A stretch of DNA of 63,765 nt, counting the filler, from Octopus bimaculoides (taxonomy: Eukaryota): the NCBI RefSeq assembly GCF_001194135.2. It is 4 parts of 4 records of this genome, joined end to end, with 100 filler letters (N's around TTAATTAATTAA, not from the genome) between each part and the next. Parts side by side here need not be neighbours in the genome. Positions count along the whole stretch, not along the records: positions 48,611 to 55,466 come from NC_068981.1; positions 55,567 to 63,765 come from NC_068987.1; 2 more parts are not named here. The stretch is one strand, 5' to 3'. Under the pieces are notes generated by a model. It had not been told where the DNA came from and did not search any database. It worked only from the letters and a program-made list of their open reading frames with translations. The position numbers and the translations under genes were made by a program. Shown piece by piece: positions 50,387 to 62,865 of this stretch. Positions within the stretch are counted from its first letter, which is position 1; the number at the start of each line of letters is the position of its first letter.

Positions 50387-50607
50387 ACGAGAGGGTGCTG
50401 AAAAGATGCTGGATTTAAGAGTGCCGCGAAAAGCCTGGCTGGAGGCCAAACCTTCCGAGTTCTTTTACAGGGCTTAGAAAAACTGATGGACCGTTGCAAT
50501 AAGTGTGTGAATCTGAGAGGGGAATATGTGGAATAAAACCATGATTAATTGATCCTCCTGTATTTTCTTTTACCCAAAGTCAGGAACTTTTCAGCACCAC
50601 CTCTTAT
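50387..50607 (+). mobile_element. Internally deleted mariner (irritans-like TIR), MITE-sized
   Basis: TIR core ggtgctgaaaag at 50393-50404 and its reverse complement cttttcagcacc at 50587-50598. The interior encodes a transposase C-terminus AWLEAKPSEFFY/GLEKLMDRCNKCVNLRGEYVE*. Confidence 0.75.
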
Positions 50608-50791
50608 GTCCCATTTGTCTCATATATCCCAAAAGCTCCACCTATACAAACCTCACACCAACCCCCTACACCATGATCCCATTTGCAGACGTCAGCAACA
50701 ACCACAGCAGCAGCAGCAGCAGCAGCAGCAACAACACCGACAACAACGCCGCTTCCAATCCAAAAACTATTTGCTATTGAGTGTTATAGTA

Positions 50792-51019
50792 TTGGGTTGT
50801 CCGGAAAGTTCGTGCCGATTTTTAAAGGAAAGAAAAAGGTCAATAAATACTTGCCATGACATTTTTAATCAACCAAATACGAACCATTTTGTTGGACAAT
50901 GCGTCTCCATCTTTCCTTTAACTTGAAAATACCCTCTTCCCAGAATTTAGGTGGTTTCAAGGCAAATAAGTCGAAAGATAAGCTACTGTAAATCGGCACG
51001 AACTTTCCGGACAACCCAA
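50792..51019 (-). mobile_element. 228-bp mariner MITE with perfect 30-bp TIRs and TA target duplication
   Basis: TA-TTGGGTTGTCCGGAAAGTTCGTGCCGATTT ... AAATCGGCACGAACTTTCCGGACAACCCAA-TA. The minus-strand interior encodes DLFALKPPKFWEEGIFKLKERWRRIVQQNGSYLVD* (mariner C-terminus). Confidence 0.93.
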
Positions 51020-51075
51020 TACTATAATTGTTGCTGCTGCTGCTGTTGCTGCCGTGGCCACTGTTGTCATTGTTT

Positions 51076-51106
<31 letters not shown>

Positions 51107-51382
51107 AATCGCTGTCGTTGTTATTGTTGTTGCTGCTCGTGCTGCATCTTCTGCTGCTGGTGTTGCAACCGTTGTCAAATCAGAGATTTCTATGAACAAA
51201 CGTCACTCCAGCTGTGACCATTCCGTATATTTTTTTTTTTTTTACGGCGATAGAAATATGTCTTTACGTTTTGAAAACAGAATGAATTTAAAAAAAAAAA
51301 GAAAAGGATTTAGCTGTTATTTCTAGCAAACTGGGTAATCACACATTGAGTAGCAGAAGCAGCACCAGCTACAGCACTGCGA

Positions 51383-51457
<75 letters not shown>

Positions 51458-51494
51458 AAGAAGAAGAAGAAGAAGAAGAAGAAGAAGAAGAAGA
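51383..51494. repeat. (TAG)n(AAG)n microsatellite
   Basis: Directly visible. Confidence 0.97.
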
Positions 51495-51735
51495 GGCAAC
51501 AGTAGCAGTTATTTAAATAAGCCTCACAGATCACCTATCAACAAATGTGATGTAGTCGTGACCATCCTACAGATTTTTTTTGTTTTTTACTAATATCCTA
51601 TATCTATCTAAGGCTACATAAGCCAATGTGTCGTTTCATTTTCGGGACATCGGAGCATGATCTGAGGCGAAATTTAATTGTTATTTCTACCAAATTGAAT
51701 GACCAGGTATTGATTCTTGTTATTGTTGTTGTCAC

Positions 51736-51784
<49 letters not shown>

Positions 51785-52789
51785 TGTAGTAGTAGTAGTA
51801 GTGGTGGTGGTGGTGATGGTGGTGGTGGTGGTGGTGGTGGCGGTGGCGACGGCGGTGTAAAAACCAATTACAGAATGTTCACCTCACTAAATAGAAATGT
51901 CACTTCACATCAAGTTAACGCTGTATGTGTGTGTGTATGTGTATGTGTGTGTGTGTGTGTGTATGTGTGTATGTGCGCGCGCGTGTATGCGTATGTGTGT
52001 GTGCATATGAATCTGGACATGCCTGAGCATGTTTGTTTGTATGTATGTGTGTGTGTGTATCTAGATATATATATGTGTGTGCATATACATATATATATAT
52101 ATATGCATATATATATCTATACACACATGCATATATATACACATAAACATATTTGTGTGTGTGCATGTGTGTGTGTATGCGTGTGTGTGTCTGTATGCGA
52201 GTGTATGTGTGTGTGTGTGTGTGTATGTGTGCTTCTGTATGTAAAGTATTGTATTTCTTCCTTAATGTCAGAAAATATATACCTGTATATATGGGTTTAG
52301 ATATATCTGCTAACCTATTTATATACCTATCTATCTTATCTATCTATCTTATCTGTCTGTCTATCTATCTATCTATCTATCTATCTATCACTTTATCACT
52401 CTATTATCTATCTGTCTTTCTGTCTACTTACCTACCTACCTACCGACCGACCTACCGACCTATCTATCTATCTATCTATCTTTCAGTCTAGGCATGTATA
52501 CGCATGTATGCAATTGGATTTACATATATAAATATGCGCTTTAAGGATATATATATCGTTTAAAAGTGTGTTAGGTTATATGCGTATGTACATATGTATA
52601 TATATGTGTGTGTGTTTGTAGGTATTTATGTATTTATATTTACTGTAATCATAAAAACACTCACACACACATACACACACATACACACACACACACACAC
52701 GCACACACACACACACATACACATAATATTTACCACCTCAGCTTCGAGTAAAACTTTTCCATTCTATTTCAAAGCATTGATTCAATTTG

Positions 52790-53090
52790 TATCACATCAC
52801 CGCCACTCTAAAACATCCATTACATCTGTATCCCTTTTCTCCGCCCACTGTTCTTCGGAGGGTGATGCAGCTAGGGTCCTCAGGTCCCTTTTCCGTAGGG
52901 TCCTATCAGATGCAACAGTCAATACACTTTCCGGTTGAATTCCTGTGCCTGACCAACCGAGAGAATGGATATTATCTAACCAGCTCATTCTTCGTTTATC
53001 GCTAGGTTTCCTTCCGGTTGACTCGGCTTGAAGAATCCATCTTGGGATTCTTTCCAGCGTCAATTCTAATCAAATGTCCGAAGTATCGGG
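52790..53090 (-). mobile_element. RTE-like LINE 3' fragment
   Basis: Minus frames RYFGHLIR and LERIPRWILQAESTGRKPSDKRRMSWLDNI resemble WFGH..R...R.P..IL.....G.RPRGRP...WLD.I. Confidence 0.65.
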
Positions 53091-53644
53091 ACTCTGACCT
53101 CCCAATTCAGAAAAGTAGTGACATACATATACATATCTTTGAATGTGTGTATGTGTTTATATTGGGGAGGTGTGAATATAAACACGATTGACCAGTTGAA
53201 GTCGACACAGATGGTCAACACATCATTCTTTTAATTATTTTAGATATTTCGATAAGGTTGTACCATGCCTGCTTCGGGAAGAAGAGATTGCAATAGAGAA
53301 AACTATCCTTATAGCTGTTTCTAATCACACAAATAAGCTTTTTCTTTATTTTTTCCTTAACTTTTCTTGCCGTCTGAAACTTTAACTTCGGTTCATTAAT
53401 AATTACTTTCATTAAGTATTTTCTAATTTCGCTATACATTTTGCATTATACGGTCTTTCGGAAGCTTGCTCATTGTTATTCTGTTCAGGCGCGTTTTTTA
53501 GACAGGTATAATTGACCTTAACGTTGTCTATGTTCAATAAATTTTGATACTTATGACCTACTAGGAAGTGAGTTTCTTCTTCTTCTTCTTCTTCTTCTTC
53601 TTCTTCTTCTTCTTCTTCTTCTTCTTCTTCTTCTTCTTCTTCGG

Positions 53645-54025
53645 ATCAACTAGAACCCTCGACGTCGTAAGCGATTGAGTGCCAACAACAACATTGTTAC
53701 TACCACACAGGAAGTGCTCTGACGAACTTCCTCTCTTAGTTCTAGATCACCTTGTGTCATATTGCCTGATTCGAAACTCACAGCATCTTATTCCAAATGC
53801 TGTTGTGCTTCCACGAATAAGGAAATCTTTCTACGATCGTAGCGTTTTTCCCTCGATCTGCCAGACTTTGAAACTCCCTTCCATCTCATTGTTTCCCCTC
53901 TCCTTATGACCTGAACTCTTTCAAGTCTAAAGTAAATCCATTCCTTTCATCTTAACTTCTCCTTCTTCATAGCTCCCCTACACTAAGTGGCTTTTCGCCT
54001 TGTTAGAGACTTTCTAATAAAAAAG
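53645..54025 (+). mobile_element. CR1/L2-group (Zenon-like) LINE 3' end
   Basis: CSDELPLLV...QHLIPNAVVLPRIRKSFYDRSVFP, then frameshifted ...PSPYDLNSFKSKVN, resembles CSSEL..LVP...H...V..PR.....Y..SFFPRTARLWNSLP...FP..YDL..FKS.VN. Confidence 0.7.
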
Positions 54026-54842
54026 AATTATTGATGTTAAAGAAAGTAAATATATTTGTTACTAAGGTCGACCTCTTTTACTGCGCTAATTAAATCTTCT
54101 CTATATTCATGTAATGTATGGTCGTTTTTGTGATACGGAACTTTTAGGCATGATCTTTGTGCATTTCGTTGTCTAGGGTTATGAATTTTGTTTTTAATGT
54201 ATCTCGAAAGCATCTTCCATCCAGCTCAGTATATCTGCTTTGCCTTTAGGCGCTCGTGCTGACTTCAAACAGTTTCCAACTATGAGCAGTCGCTGTTGAA
54301 AAGCAGATATTTCCTACACTGCACTATTATCTAAACATCGTTACTATTCACGCTACTGTGTTTCTTTCTCAATACGAACGCCTTGAGTAAAATTCGACGA
54401 TGTTAAATTGAATGAACTTGCATCTACTTTTTATTGACGCTATTGAACTAGTCATTTACGGCATTACTTCTATGCCGCTGTTGTAGTCTACTAACTTTTC
54501 TGATTTTACTGTTGATAGTATTAACAATGTACTTGCTAACTACAAAAAGCTCGCTCTTATCAGCTGACACCTTAGGTTTAATGTGCAGTTTTCTTTCTGA
54601 TCTTTCATTACTCGTGTTTAGCTGACAACTCTATCCTATTATCTCATTTGACTTTAGGTGTTATTTATTTTGACTCAGCGTACGAAGATATTTTCATTAT
54701 TTTTAATTTATAATCTATTTTGCTTCATACTTAGAACGGCTACAAAATATAAACCTAAACATTTATTATAGAAAAATAAAAAAAAGGGGCGGGCATTGAA
54801 CAATTTTACATCGAAAACAAAATCTACTTTCTCTCTATCTAA

Positions 54843-55200
54843 CATGACGTGATATCAAAAAGTTGCCGGAATGCACAGTGCTGTGGTTCCGCTGCTCGTC
54901 AATGGAAGAGTCTGTGTGCAGGTGAAGCTCATTGGTCGCTAACCTGTTTAATTAGTCTGCAAATAGTCTTCATGCTATCAACAGGTGTTTTGTTATTTAT
55001 CTGAGGATTTGTAATGCCGTTAACCTTCTCACGAACCTTAGAGCTCACATCAAGATGCCGTTACTTTTAATTGTGCTAAGAAAGAACCAAGGAAGAAACC
55101 AAGGGGTGGTGGGGAGTTCGCAGAAGCACCATGCATATTGAGGTCTTCTGTGAGAATCTCCTGGCAAATAATTTGATTGATTCCAGTCAAGTCAGAAAAT
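54843..55200 (+). mobile_element. Possible decayed 5' end of an irritans-like mariner
   Basis: gacgtgatatcaaaaagttgccggaat resembles a mariner TIR, and ...FNCAKKEPR... weakly resembles a transposase N-terminus. No right TIR found. Confidence 0.3.
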
Positions 55201-55254
55201 CGATTGAGTGCTTGGCAATGAATCTTATGGATGAGCTCACAAAATGTTTCCAGA

Positions 55255-55410
55255 CGTGGCTGTCTGGTAAGAAGTTTCCTTCAAAACCACATGGTTCTGG
55301 GTCCAGTCCCACTGCATGGTACTTTGAGCAAATGCCTTCTACTATAGACCCGGGTCGACTAAAAACATTTGAGTGGCTTTTGGTAGATAGAAATTGAAAG
55401 TCGGTCGTAT
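55255..55410 (+). mobile_element. SINE family B head
   Basis: gtaagaagtttccttcaaaaccacatggttctgggtccagtcccactgcatggtactttgagcaaatgcc...cggtcgtatatata. Confidence 0.8.
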
Positions 55411-55425
55411 ATATATATATATATG

Positions 55426-55466
<41 letters not shown>

Positions 55467-55639
55467 NNNNNNNNNNNNNNNNNNNNNNNNNNNNNNNNNN
55501 NNNNNNNNNNTTAATTAATTAANNNNNNNNNNNNNNNNNNNNNNNNNNNNNNNNNNNNNNNNNNNNTATATATGTATGTATGTATGTATACACAAACACG
55601 TGCATATGTATGTGTATGTGTGCGCGTGTGTTGTTTGTC

Positions 55640-55699
<60 letters not shown>

Positions 55700-56479
55700 C
55701 ATGCGATGGTACTAAATTTGTAAGCGCATACATAATTGTATACAGGAGCATAGGCAAGTTCTTTAGCTAGTTATATCTAAGACAGTCATACATACATGAC
55801 AACATGTACAGATATACATACAATCCTACATAGACATATGCGTGTGTATGCGCATGAAAGTTAGAGAGAAAGAGAGACGGAGTAAGGAAGAAAGAGAAAT
55901 GCTAACAGAAAGCGAAGATAAGCAAAAAGAGTCACAAACAGCGAGGGATAAAGCGAAAAAGAGTGAGGGGAAAGTTTCAGAGAGAGAGTTTCAGAGGGAA
56001 ATTTTCAGAGACAGTAGAAGACAATAAGAAAGAGACAGAGGGGGGCGAATAGAAAGGGAGAGAGAGAAAGAGTGAGTGGGATGCCTATAAATTAAGGCGA
56101 TGATATGTGGAGGAGGGCAGAATGAGTTATATGTGACGCTGCTGGTGTTGAGTGTTACGGGCGGAAAGTGTCGAACGCAAACGTCAAGCATGATTATTGT
56201 CAGCGAAACTGGAGGCGGCAGATCAGTAACAACCAATTGACTTGATTTGTCAAATGTAAAGGTGTCCTTCCCTTTAGCTCCCACACTTCACACCCTATTT
56301 TTTTTTTTTTTACAGGAACGAAATAATGTGCATTATACAGACAGACAGACAGACAGATGGACAGACACACAGACACACAGACAGTCACACAGACACTCAG
56401 ACTCACACACACACATATATATTTAATATGTATTTCTGTATTATGATAGACCGGGTACAGAGCGGGAGAGGCACACACG

Positions 56480-56730
56480 GAGAGGGAGAGAGAGAAAGAG
56501 AGAAGAGGGAGAGAGAAAGAGAGAAGAAAGAGAGAGATAGAGAGAAGAGAGAGAGAAAGAGAGAAGAGAGAGAGAAAGAGAGAAGAGAGAGAGAAAGAGA
56601 GAGAGAGAAGAGAGAGAGAAAGAGAGAAGAGAGAGAGAAAGAGAGAAGAGAGAGAGAAAGAGAGAAGAGAGAGCGAAAGAGAGAACGAGAGAAGAGAGAG
56701 AGAAAGAGAGAAGAGATAGAGAAAGAGACA
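56480..56730. repeat. Compound (GA)n/(GAGAGAAA) purine satellite
   Basis: Directly visible; source of the REKRER/SLFLSL pseudo-ORFs. Confidence 0.95.
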
Positions 56731-57629
56731 GACAGACAGACAGACAAACTGACAGAGAGAAAGGTAACACATAAATCTATTTAGTACGCAGCGAATGTAA
56801 GTAATTCATATTCTCACTTCAGATATAAAATGGCAATCACAGGAATAAATTACGATAGTCCTAAATATGGTGATCAGCACACTGTGACACCAACACACAC
56901 ACACGTTTACACGGACACTCATGAACACATAAGCGCACGTACAAAAATACACATACAAACATTGTTAATGTGAATGCATGCGTGTGTGCGCGTGACGCGT
57001 TGCTTCAACACACGAACTCACATAAAGGACCTTGCTAACCAAATCCAAAAACGATATATATATACCTGATAAGGTGCGCGGACGAAAACACACCAACACC
57101 GGTTGTCAATCGATGGTGGGGACAAGCACATACACACACACATAGATATACACAGTCACATAAAGACACGCACATACACACACACACACATACATATGCG
57201 CGCACGCGCGCACACACAAAGATANNNNNNNNNNNNNNNNNNNNNNNNNNNNNNNNNNNNNNNNNNNNNNNNNNNNNNNNNNNNNNNNNNNNNNNNNNNN
57301 NNNNNNNNNNNNNNNNNNNNNNNNNNNNNNNNNNNNNNNNNNNNNNNNNNNNNNNNNNNNNNNNNNNNNNNNNNNNNNNNNNNNNNNNNNNNNNNNNNNN
57401 NNNNNNNNNNNNNNNNNNNNNNNNNNNNNNNNNNNNNNNNNNNNNNNNNNNNNNNNNNNNNNNNNNNNNNNNNNNNNNNNNNNNNNNNNNNNNNNNNNNN
57501 NNNNNNNNNNNNNNNNNNNNNNNNNNNNNNNNNNNNNNNNNNNNNNNNNNNNNNNNNNNNNNNNNNNNNNNNNNNNNNNNNNNNNNNNNNNNNNNNNNNN
57601 NNNTATGTATGTATGTATATATATATGTA

Positions 57630-58920
57630 TCAGGTCACCCCATAAGTTCTGTCCGATTTTACCTTTTTTTTTTAAATTGAATGAAATTTAATAGTATTTT
57701 AGAATGTCTAATGGAATTAAAGATTATTTTTATGCATTTGTGTACTTTAAACTAATTAAATATTATTTTTAAAGAATAACAGAATTAAAATTTCTTTGAT
57801 TAAAACCCTTTCTAACATGGAAGTATCCAAAGAGCATTTAAGGCACATAATGCTTTATGAGTACAAAAAAGGAAATTCTGCAGCCGAAGCGACTCGAAAC
57901 ATACACTCAGCTTATGTGAAAGAATGCTTAAATGAAAGAACTTGCAGAAGATGGTTTGCAAAATTCAGAAGTGGAGATGTCACCCTTGAAGATTAAGATC
58001 GAATAGGACGTCCAGTTGAGTTTGATGATAAGCTCCATAAGGCATTACTTGAAGAAAATCCTGCACTATCAGTTGAAGAACAGGCAATAAAGCTTAGTTT
58101 AAACCATACAACTGTTTATCGTCATTTTCAACAACTTGGAAAGGTTCCTAAATTTGGAAAATGGGTGCCTCATGAATTGTCCGAAAGCACCCGTAAATCC
58201 CGAGTTGACATCTGCTCTTCTCTCCATTCTCGCGAACTTATTTCACCCTTTTTGGATAGACTTGTGACTGGTGACGAAAAATTGATGTTCTATCGAAGTA
58301 TTAAACGTCGTAAACAGTGGCTTGGTAAAAGGGAAAAAGTTCAACCACAACCGAGAAGAGAACTTCGTGGGAAAAAGGTTCTTCTCTCTATCTGGTGGGA
58401 TTACAAAGGAATAATTCACTTTGAATAATTACCACCTAATGCAACAATCAATGCTCATGTCTACTGTCAGTAATTAGAGCATTTGAACCAAGCTTTCAAG
58501 AAAAAAAGACCCGCTTTAGTGAATAGAAAAGGAGTGATGTTTCATTAGGACAATGCGCGACCCCACACAGCAAAGATCACATCACAGAAGATCGAAGAGT
58601 TTGGTTGGAAAAAAATTCCTCATCCACCTTATTCTCCCGACTTTGCTCCTTTAGACTACAATTTGTTTCGTAGTTTACAGAATCATTTGGGGGACATAAA
58701 TTTCTCAAGCCAGGAGGATGTCGAAACTGACATTTCAGAGTTCTTCGCTTTGAAACCAGGAGAGTTTTACGTCGATGAGATTAAAAAGCTTGTAAATAGA
58801 TGGAAGGAAGTCATAGATAATCAGGGAAAGTACATTGATGATTAAATTTCAATTAAATATAACATCTGATCACTTGTTTTAATTATTAAAAATTCGGATA
58901 GAACTTATGGGATGACCTGA
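57630..58920 (+). mobile_element. Full-length mariner DNA transposon (1291 bp)
   Basis: Left TIR tcaggtcaccccataagttctgtccgattt versus right TIR reverse complement tcaggtcatcccataagttctatccgaatt; flanked by TA (57628-29, 58921-22); canonical mariner size. Confidence 0.97.
57817..58845 (+). pseudogene. Mariner D,D34D transposase pseudogene (342 codons, 4 in-frame stops, no frameshift)
   Basis: One frame MEVSKEHLRH...WVPHEL...VTGDEK...DNARPH...HPPYSPDFAPLDY...GKYIDD*; 34 residues between the 2nd and 3rd Asp; stops at 57994, 58426, 58471 and 58546. Confidence 0.95.
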
Positions 58921-58927
58921 TATATAT

Positions 58928-58964
<37 letters not shown>

Positions 58965-59125
58965 CGGTGGGCTTCTTTCATTTGCCGCCTACAAAATATA
59001 CTCACAAGGATTTAGTTCGCCCGAGGCTATAGCTCAAGACACTTACCCAAGGTGCCACGAAGTGGTACTGAACCTGGAACCATGCGTCTGAGAAGCAAGC
59101 TTCTTACCTAGATAGCCACACGTGT
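58965..59125 (-). mobile_element. SINE family B head
   Basis: Reverse complement of ggcttctttcatttgccgcctac...gacacttacccaaggtgccacgaagtggtactgaacctggaacc...gaagcaagcttctt. Confidence 0.8.
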
Positions 59126-59829
59126 TTGAGGACATCTCTTGTTTGTAACAAAGTTCACTAGTGATGTTGAAGATGTAGGTGAAGAAAATAGGTTGATCTT
59201 TTAACTTCACTGAATATCTTGTCGTTCCAGACTTCTTTTGCGCAGTGAGCCGAATGCGTTGTTTGCCTCAAACAGTTCGATGACTACCTTTCCTCGATCT
59301 ATGAATCAGATAAGAAGATACCCAGGGTTGCTGTAAGGTTTCTGACACGTCAAAATGTCTTCGATGTGTCAATTGTTATTCAATGCTTTCAGATTGTCAT
59401 CAGACTGCGTTTGTGTTCTGCATATAATTTCAACAGAATGCTCTCTGTCAGTAGAGTTAACAAAACCTATTCCCAAAGTATCTTTTTCTATGCTTCTGAA
59501 TAATTGCATACACTGATTTTGAGTTCACCATTCGCTTTTTCAACTACGGGCGAGTTCTGATTGCTGTAACGTAGAGTGCCATAATACTCGACCTTTCCAG
59601 CAGATGTGCTTTAAAAGTGAGTACATACACACCGAAGAACATATTGTATAGCTTGGCTTTAACTGGGAGCTGTGTAGAAATGGAGTGATTCATTGGCAGA
59701 ATTTCAAGCCACAAATAATTTGTGTTCCTAATCATAATACCAACTCTAGGAAGGTATCTTCAGAATCTGCCTTTCCTACTAGCAGAGGGCGTGACATCAT
59801 GATAATGAGGGCTACATTCTTCTTGGAGA

Positions 59830-60040
59830 TGAATTTTAACTATAGACAGGATGCCAACATTCACCCTTGAATTCGAATGCACAAAAATAACATAGTGTTG
59901 TTCAGAGTGGTCGATGTTTGCTGTACATCGAGCACATTTCTAATGTTCCTGCATGCGAGTTGTTGCTCCTGCATGTCTGGTGAGGCAGGTTATGCAGGGA
60001 ATTTGCGTTCAGCCGTATTTGAAGCAGTTCTTTGGCAGCG
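59830..60040 (-). mobile_element. Possible I/Jockey-group LINE ORF1 zinc-knuckle relic
   Basis: Minus frame PKNCFKYG*TQIPC...KCARCTANIDHSEQ...HLQEE resembles C.K.GHT...C...CARC...H.....C; heavily decayed. Confidence 0.35.
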
Positions 60041-60498
60041 AAAAATTACACGAAGGAAATGGTAACCGATATTAGTTTCACCACCTTTTTGTTTTTAATA
60101 TTACTCTGCATGCGGAACACTGTGTTTGCATTCGAGAAAACTACTTGATCGTACACAGTACTACTGGGTGATGTTTTCATTTTTCAAGTCAGCATTATAT
60201 GACGCATGCACATGAACCGGCTGTATAGAGGATTGGCTGCAATGAACAGTCACCGCTTTCACCTAATATTAGATACACGTAGAAAATATTCAGAAGATAA
60301 AGCAATCTACACTGCATCAATACTAAATTTAAGAATAAATCTAAATATGGGTATATCTCTCACGATAAGGTTTCCGTTAGAAGAGAACGTGACTAAGAAC
60401 TGTATGTATTCTAGCCAAATTAGATGTGGCAGTGAGTATAAAAGTTAAAAACGATATAAACAAACCTTGTAGATGGAGAAACCACGAAATCGTAATTC

Positions 60499-60536
<38 letters not shown>

Positions 60537-61124
60537 CGTATATGGCTGATCATTTTTGCAGGCAGCAGAAGTCACTTATGTAAAACAAAGTAAAAATCAA
60601 AGTTAAAAACAATACTGACCAATGCACCAGAAAAACAAATCAATTTAAATGTTGGACCATGGAAGCATTCCCCCGAGGCCGAGTTCTGAGCTATTCACTG
60701 AAAACTGTACATTTGAGACTTTCATTGAAAACCGAGATACAATAAAACCAACAACCATACGAAACATATATTTAAAGCTTCCAATGTTCTCTACCTAGTT
60801 GTATAAAAGGACAATGGAATAGCTCGAATAATCTCTGTTTTGGAGTGAAGTGTAGTAGTTTAGCGAGTAGACATAAGTCCAGTGTTTCATTTAGTCAAGC
60901 TCTCTGTCTCTCTCTATATATATGCTTAATCATTCTTTTTGGAGTGCAAAGTAGGGAATGGCATCATCATTTACGAAACTACTAGTCAGAATATGAGCAA
61001 TGAAGAGAATAAGAACAATTCTCCTTCGATTCTATAAAAGAAGTACAATTTCAAACTCCATATATATATATATATATGCATATATGTGTACAGGACGTCA
61101 CAAAACGTAAACAACATGGAATAC

Positions 61125-61160
<36 letters not shown>

Positions 61161-61162
61161 CA

Positions 61163-61220
61163 CAGGCTTCTTTCAGTTTCCGTCTACTAAATTCACTCAC
61201 AAGGCTTTGGTCGGACTAAG
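61163..61220 (-). mobile_element. SINE family B head fragment
   Basis: ggcttctttcagtttccgtctactaaattcactcacaaggctttggtcgg. Confidence 0.7.
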
Positions 61221-61286
61221 TGGCGACCGCTGGAAGCCTCATTCACAAACGAATTAACGAGTTCAACTTATATCGAGTGTGTGCGC

Positions 61287-61323
<37 letters not shown>

Positions 61324-61408
61324 CATATATACATATATAAAGATAGAGTTAAACAGACTAACACATATATACATAGATGTGTGTATATATGTATGAACGG
61401 ATGCACAT

Positions 61409-61443
<35 letters not shown>

Positions 61444-61506
61444 CACTCACTCACATACACACATGTTTGTCTGCGCATCTATTATGGTTTAAACTCGTAT
61501 ATATCG

Positions 61507-61573
<67 letters not shown>

Positions 61574-62221
61574 AGAGAGAGAGAAAAGATAGAGAGGGGG
61601 GGAGGGAAAGAAGTATCACGCATATACTTGTATGCGTATATGTGTGTGGGTTTATTGGTTTGAGCTGCTTCTCTTGACGCCTCAGATTAACAGGTGTACG
61701 AGAGTATATTTCCAAAGGCTTTCCTCAAGAGATTTGCATCAATTTTATTTTCCGGATTTGTATTTCCCTTCTATTTCATTTATACTATTCTAATTAGTAC
61801 CAGCTGCCTACGGCTGCCGATTAAATTCAGTAATAGCACAGCAACGAAAATGTGTTACGATTTACCAATATGTGTCAACTCATTCTCTGAATACAGTGGA
61901 GCGTGTAATGTAAATCTGTATCGTTGTGATTTTAACCTCTCGGCGATAAATTTTACTTCTCTCTTAATTGAGCAGATAAAATAAAATATCAAGCATCCGG
62001 GTGTTTACTTTGAACGTTTCTTGAGACGAATTAACAGCATGAGAAAGTATTATTACGGATGTGAGAAGTTGAGCGTAAAATATGCAGTAACTGTAGCATG
62101 CTGGACTTAACTTGTTTTAGTATAATACAGTATTGACAGTTCATATTTTAATAGTGTAAAAAAAACAAAAAAACTACAATATAAATCATCTCTTAGTACA
62201 GAATTATTCCTTTCTATTATA

Positions 62222-62418
62222 AGAACAAGGCGTGAAATTTCGGGGAAGTTGGCCAGTCGATTACATCAACTCCCGTGCGCAACTGGTACTTAATTTGTCA
62301 ACCTCGAAAGGATAAAAAGTCAACCCCAGCGGATTTTGAACTCAGGACGTAACGGCAGGTGAAATACTGCTAAGCAGTTCGCCCGGCGTGCTAACGTTTC
62401 TGCCAGCTCGCCACCTTA
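62222..62418 (-). mobile_element. tRNA-derived SINE family A
   Basis: Reverse complement ggtggcgagctggcagaaacgttagcacgccgggcgaactgcttagc...gagttcaaaatccgc carries A-box and B-box (GTTCAAA) motifs. Confidence 0.85.
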
Positions 62419-62649
62419 GTTATCTCTTACTATTGTAAAATTCTATGCGCAAACGAAAGGCCAGAATTTTGGAGAATACAGTGGTTGGTTAAATCATTAC
62501 CTGGAATATAATTTACTGGAACGTTGTTTAGTGGAAAATTCTCTCTAGCTGAATCGACCTCAGATCGTGCAAGTCCTACTATCATAACATCATAACGTAT
62601 TTTCTTCGTTGTTCTTTTGATTCTTTCGTATTATCATATTATACGTTGT

Positions 62650-62865
62650 TAAGGTGGAGAGTTGGCATAATCGTTACCGTGCCGAGCAAAAGGTTTGCCA
62701 GCATTTCGTCTGTCTTTAGGTTCTGCGTTGAAAGTCCACCGAGGTCTACTTTGCCTTTCATCCTCCCGGAGATGAGAAAATAAATACCAGTTGAACACTG
62801 GGATCGTTGTAATCTACTTAAAACTTCTCCCGAAATTGCTGGCCTTAAGTCAAAATTTGAAATTG
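62650..62865 (+). mobile_element. tRNA-derived SINE family A
   Basis: ggtggagagttggcataatcgttaccgtgccgagcaaaa...ctttgcctttcatcctcccgg...accagttgaacactgggatcg...gctggccttaagtcaaaatttgaa. Confidence 0.8.

Noticed and set aside
62330-62418. tRNA-like A/B boxes
   Set aside because: They belong to SINE heads that continue into SINE bodies; no cloverleaf tRNA gene is supportable anywhere in the window.
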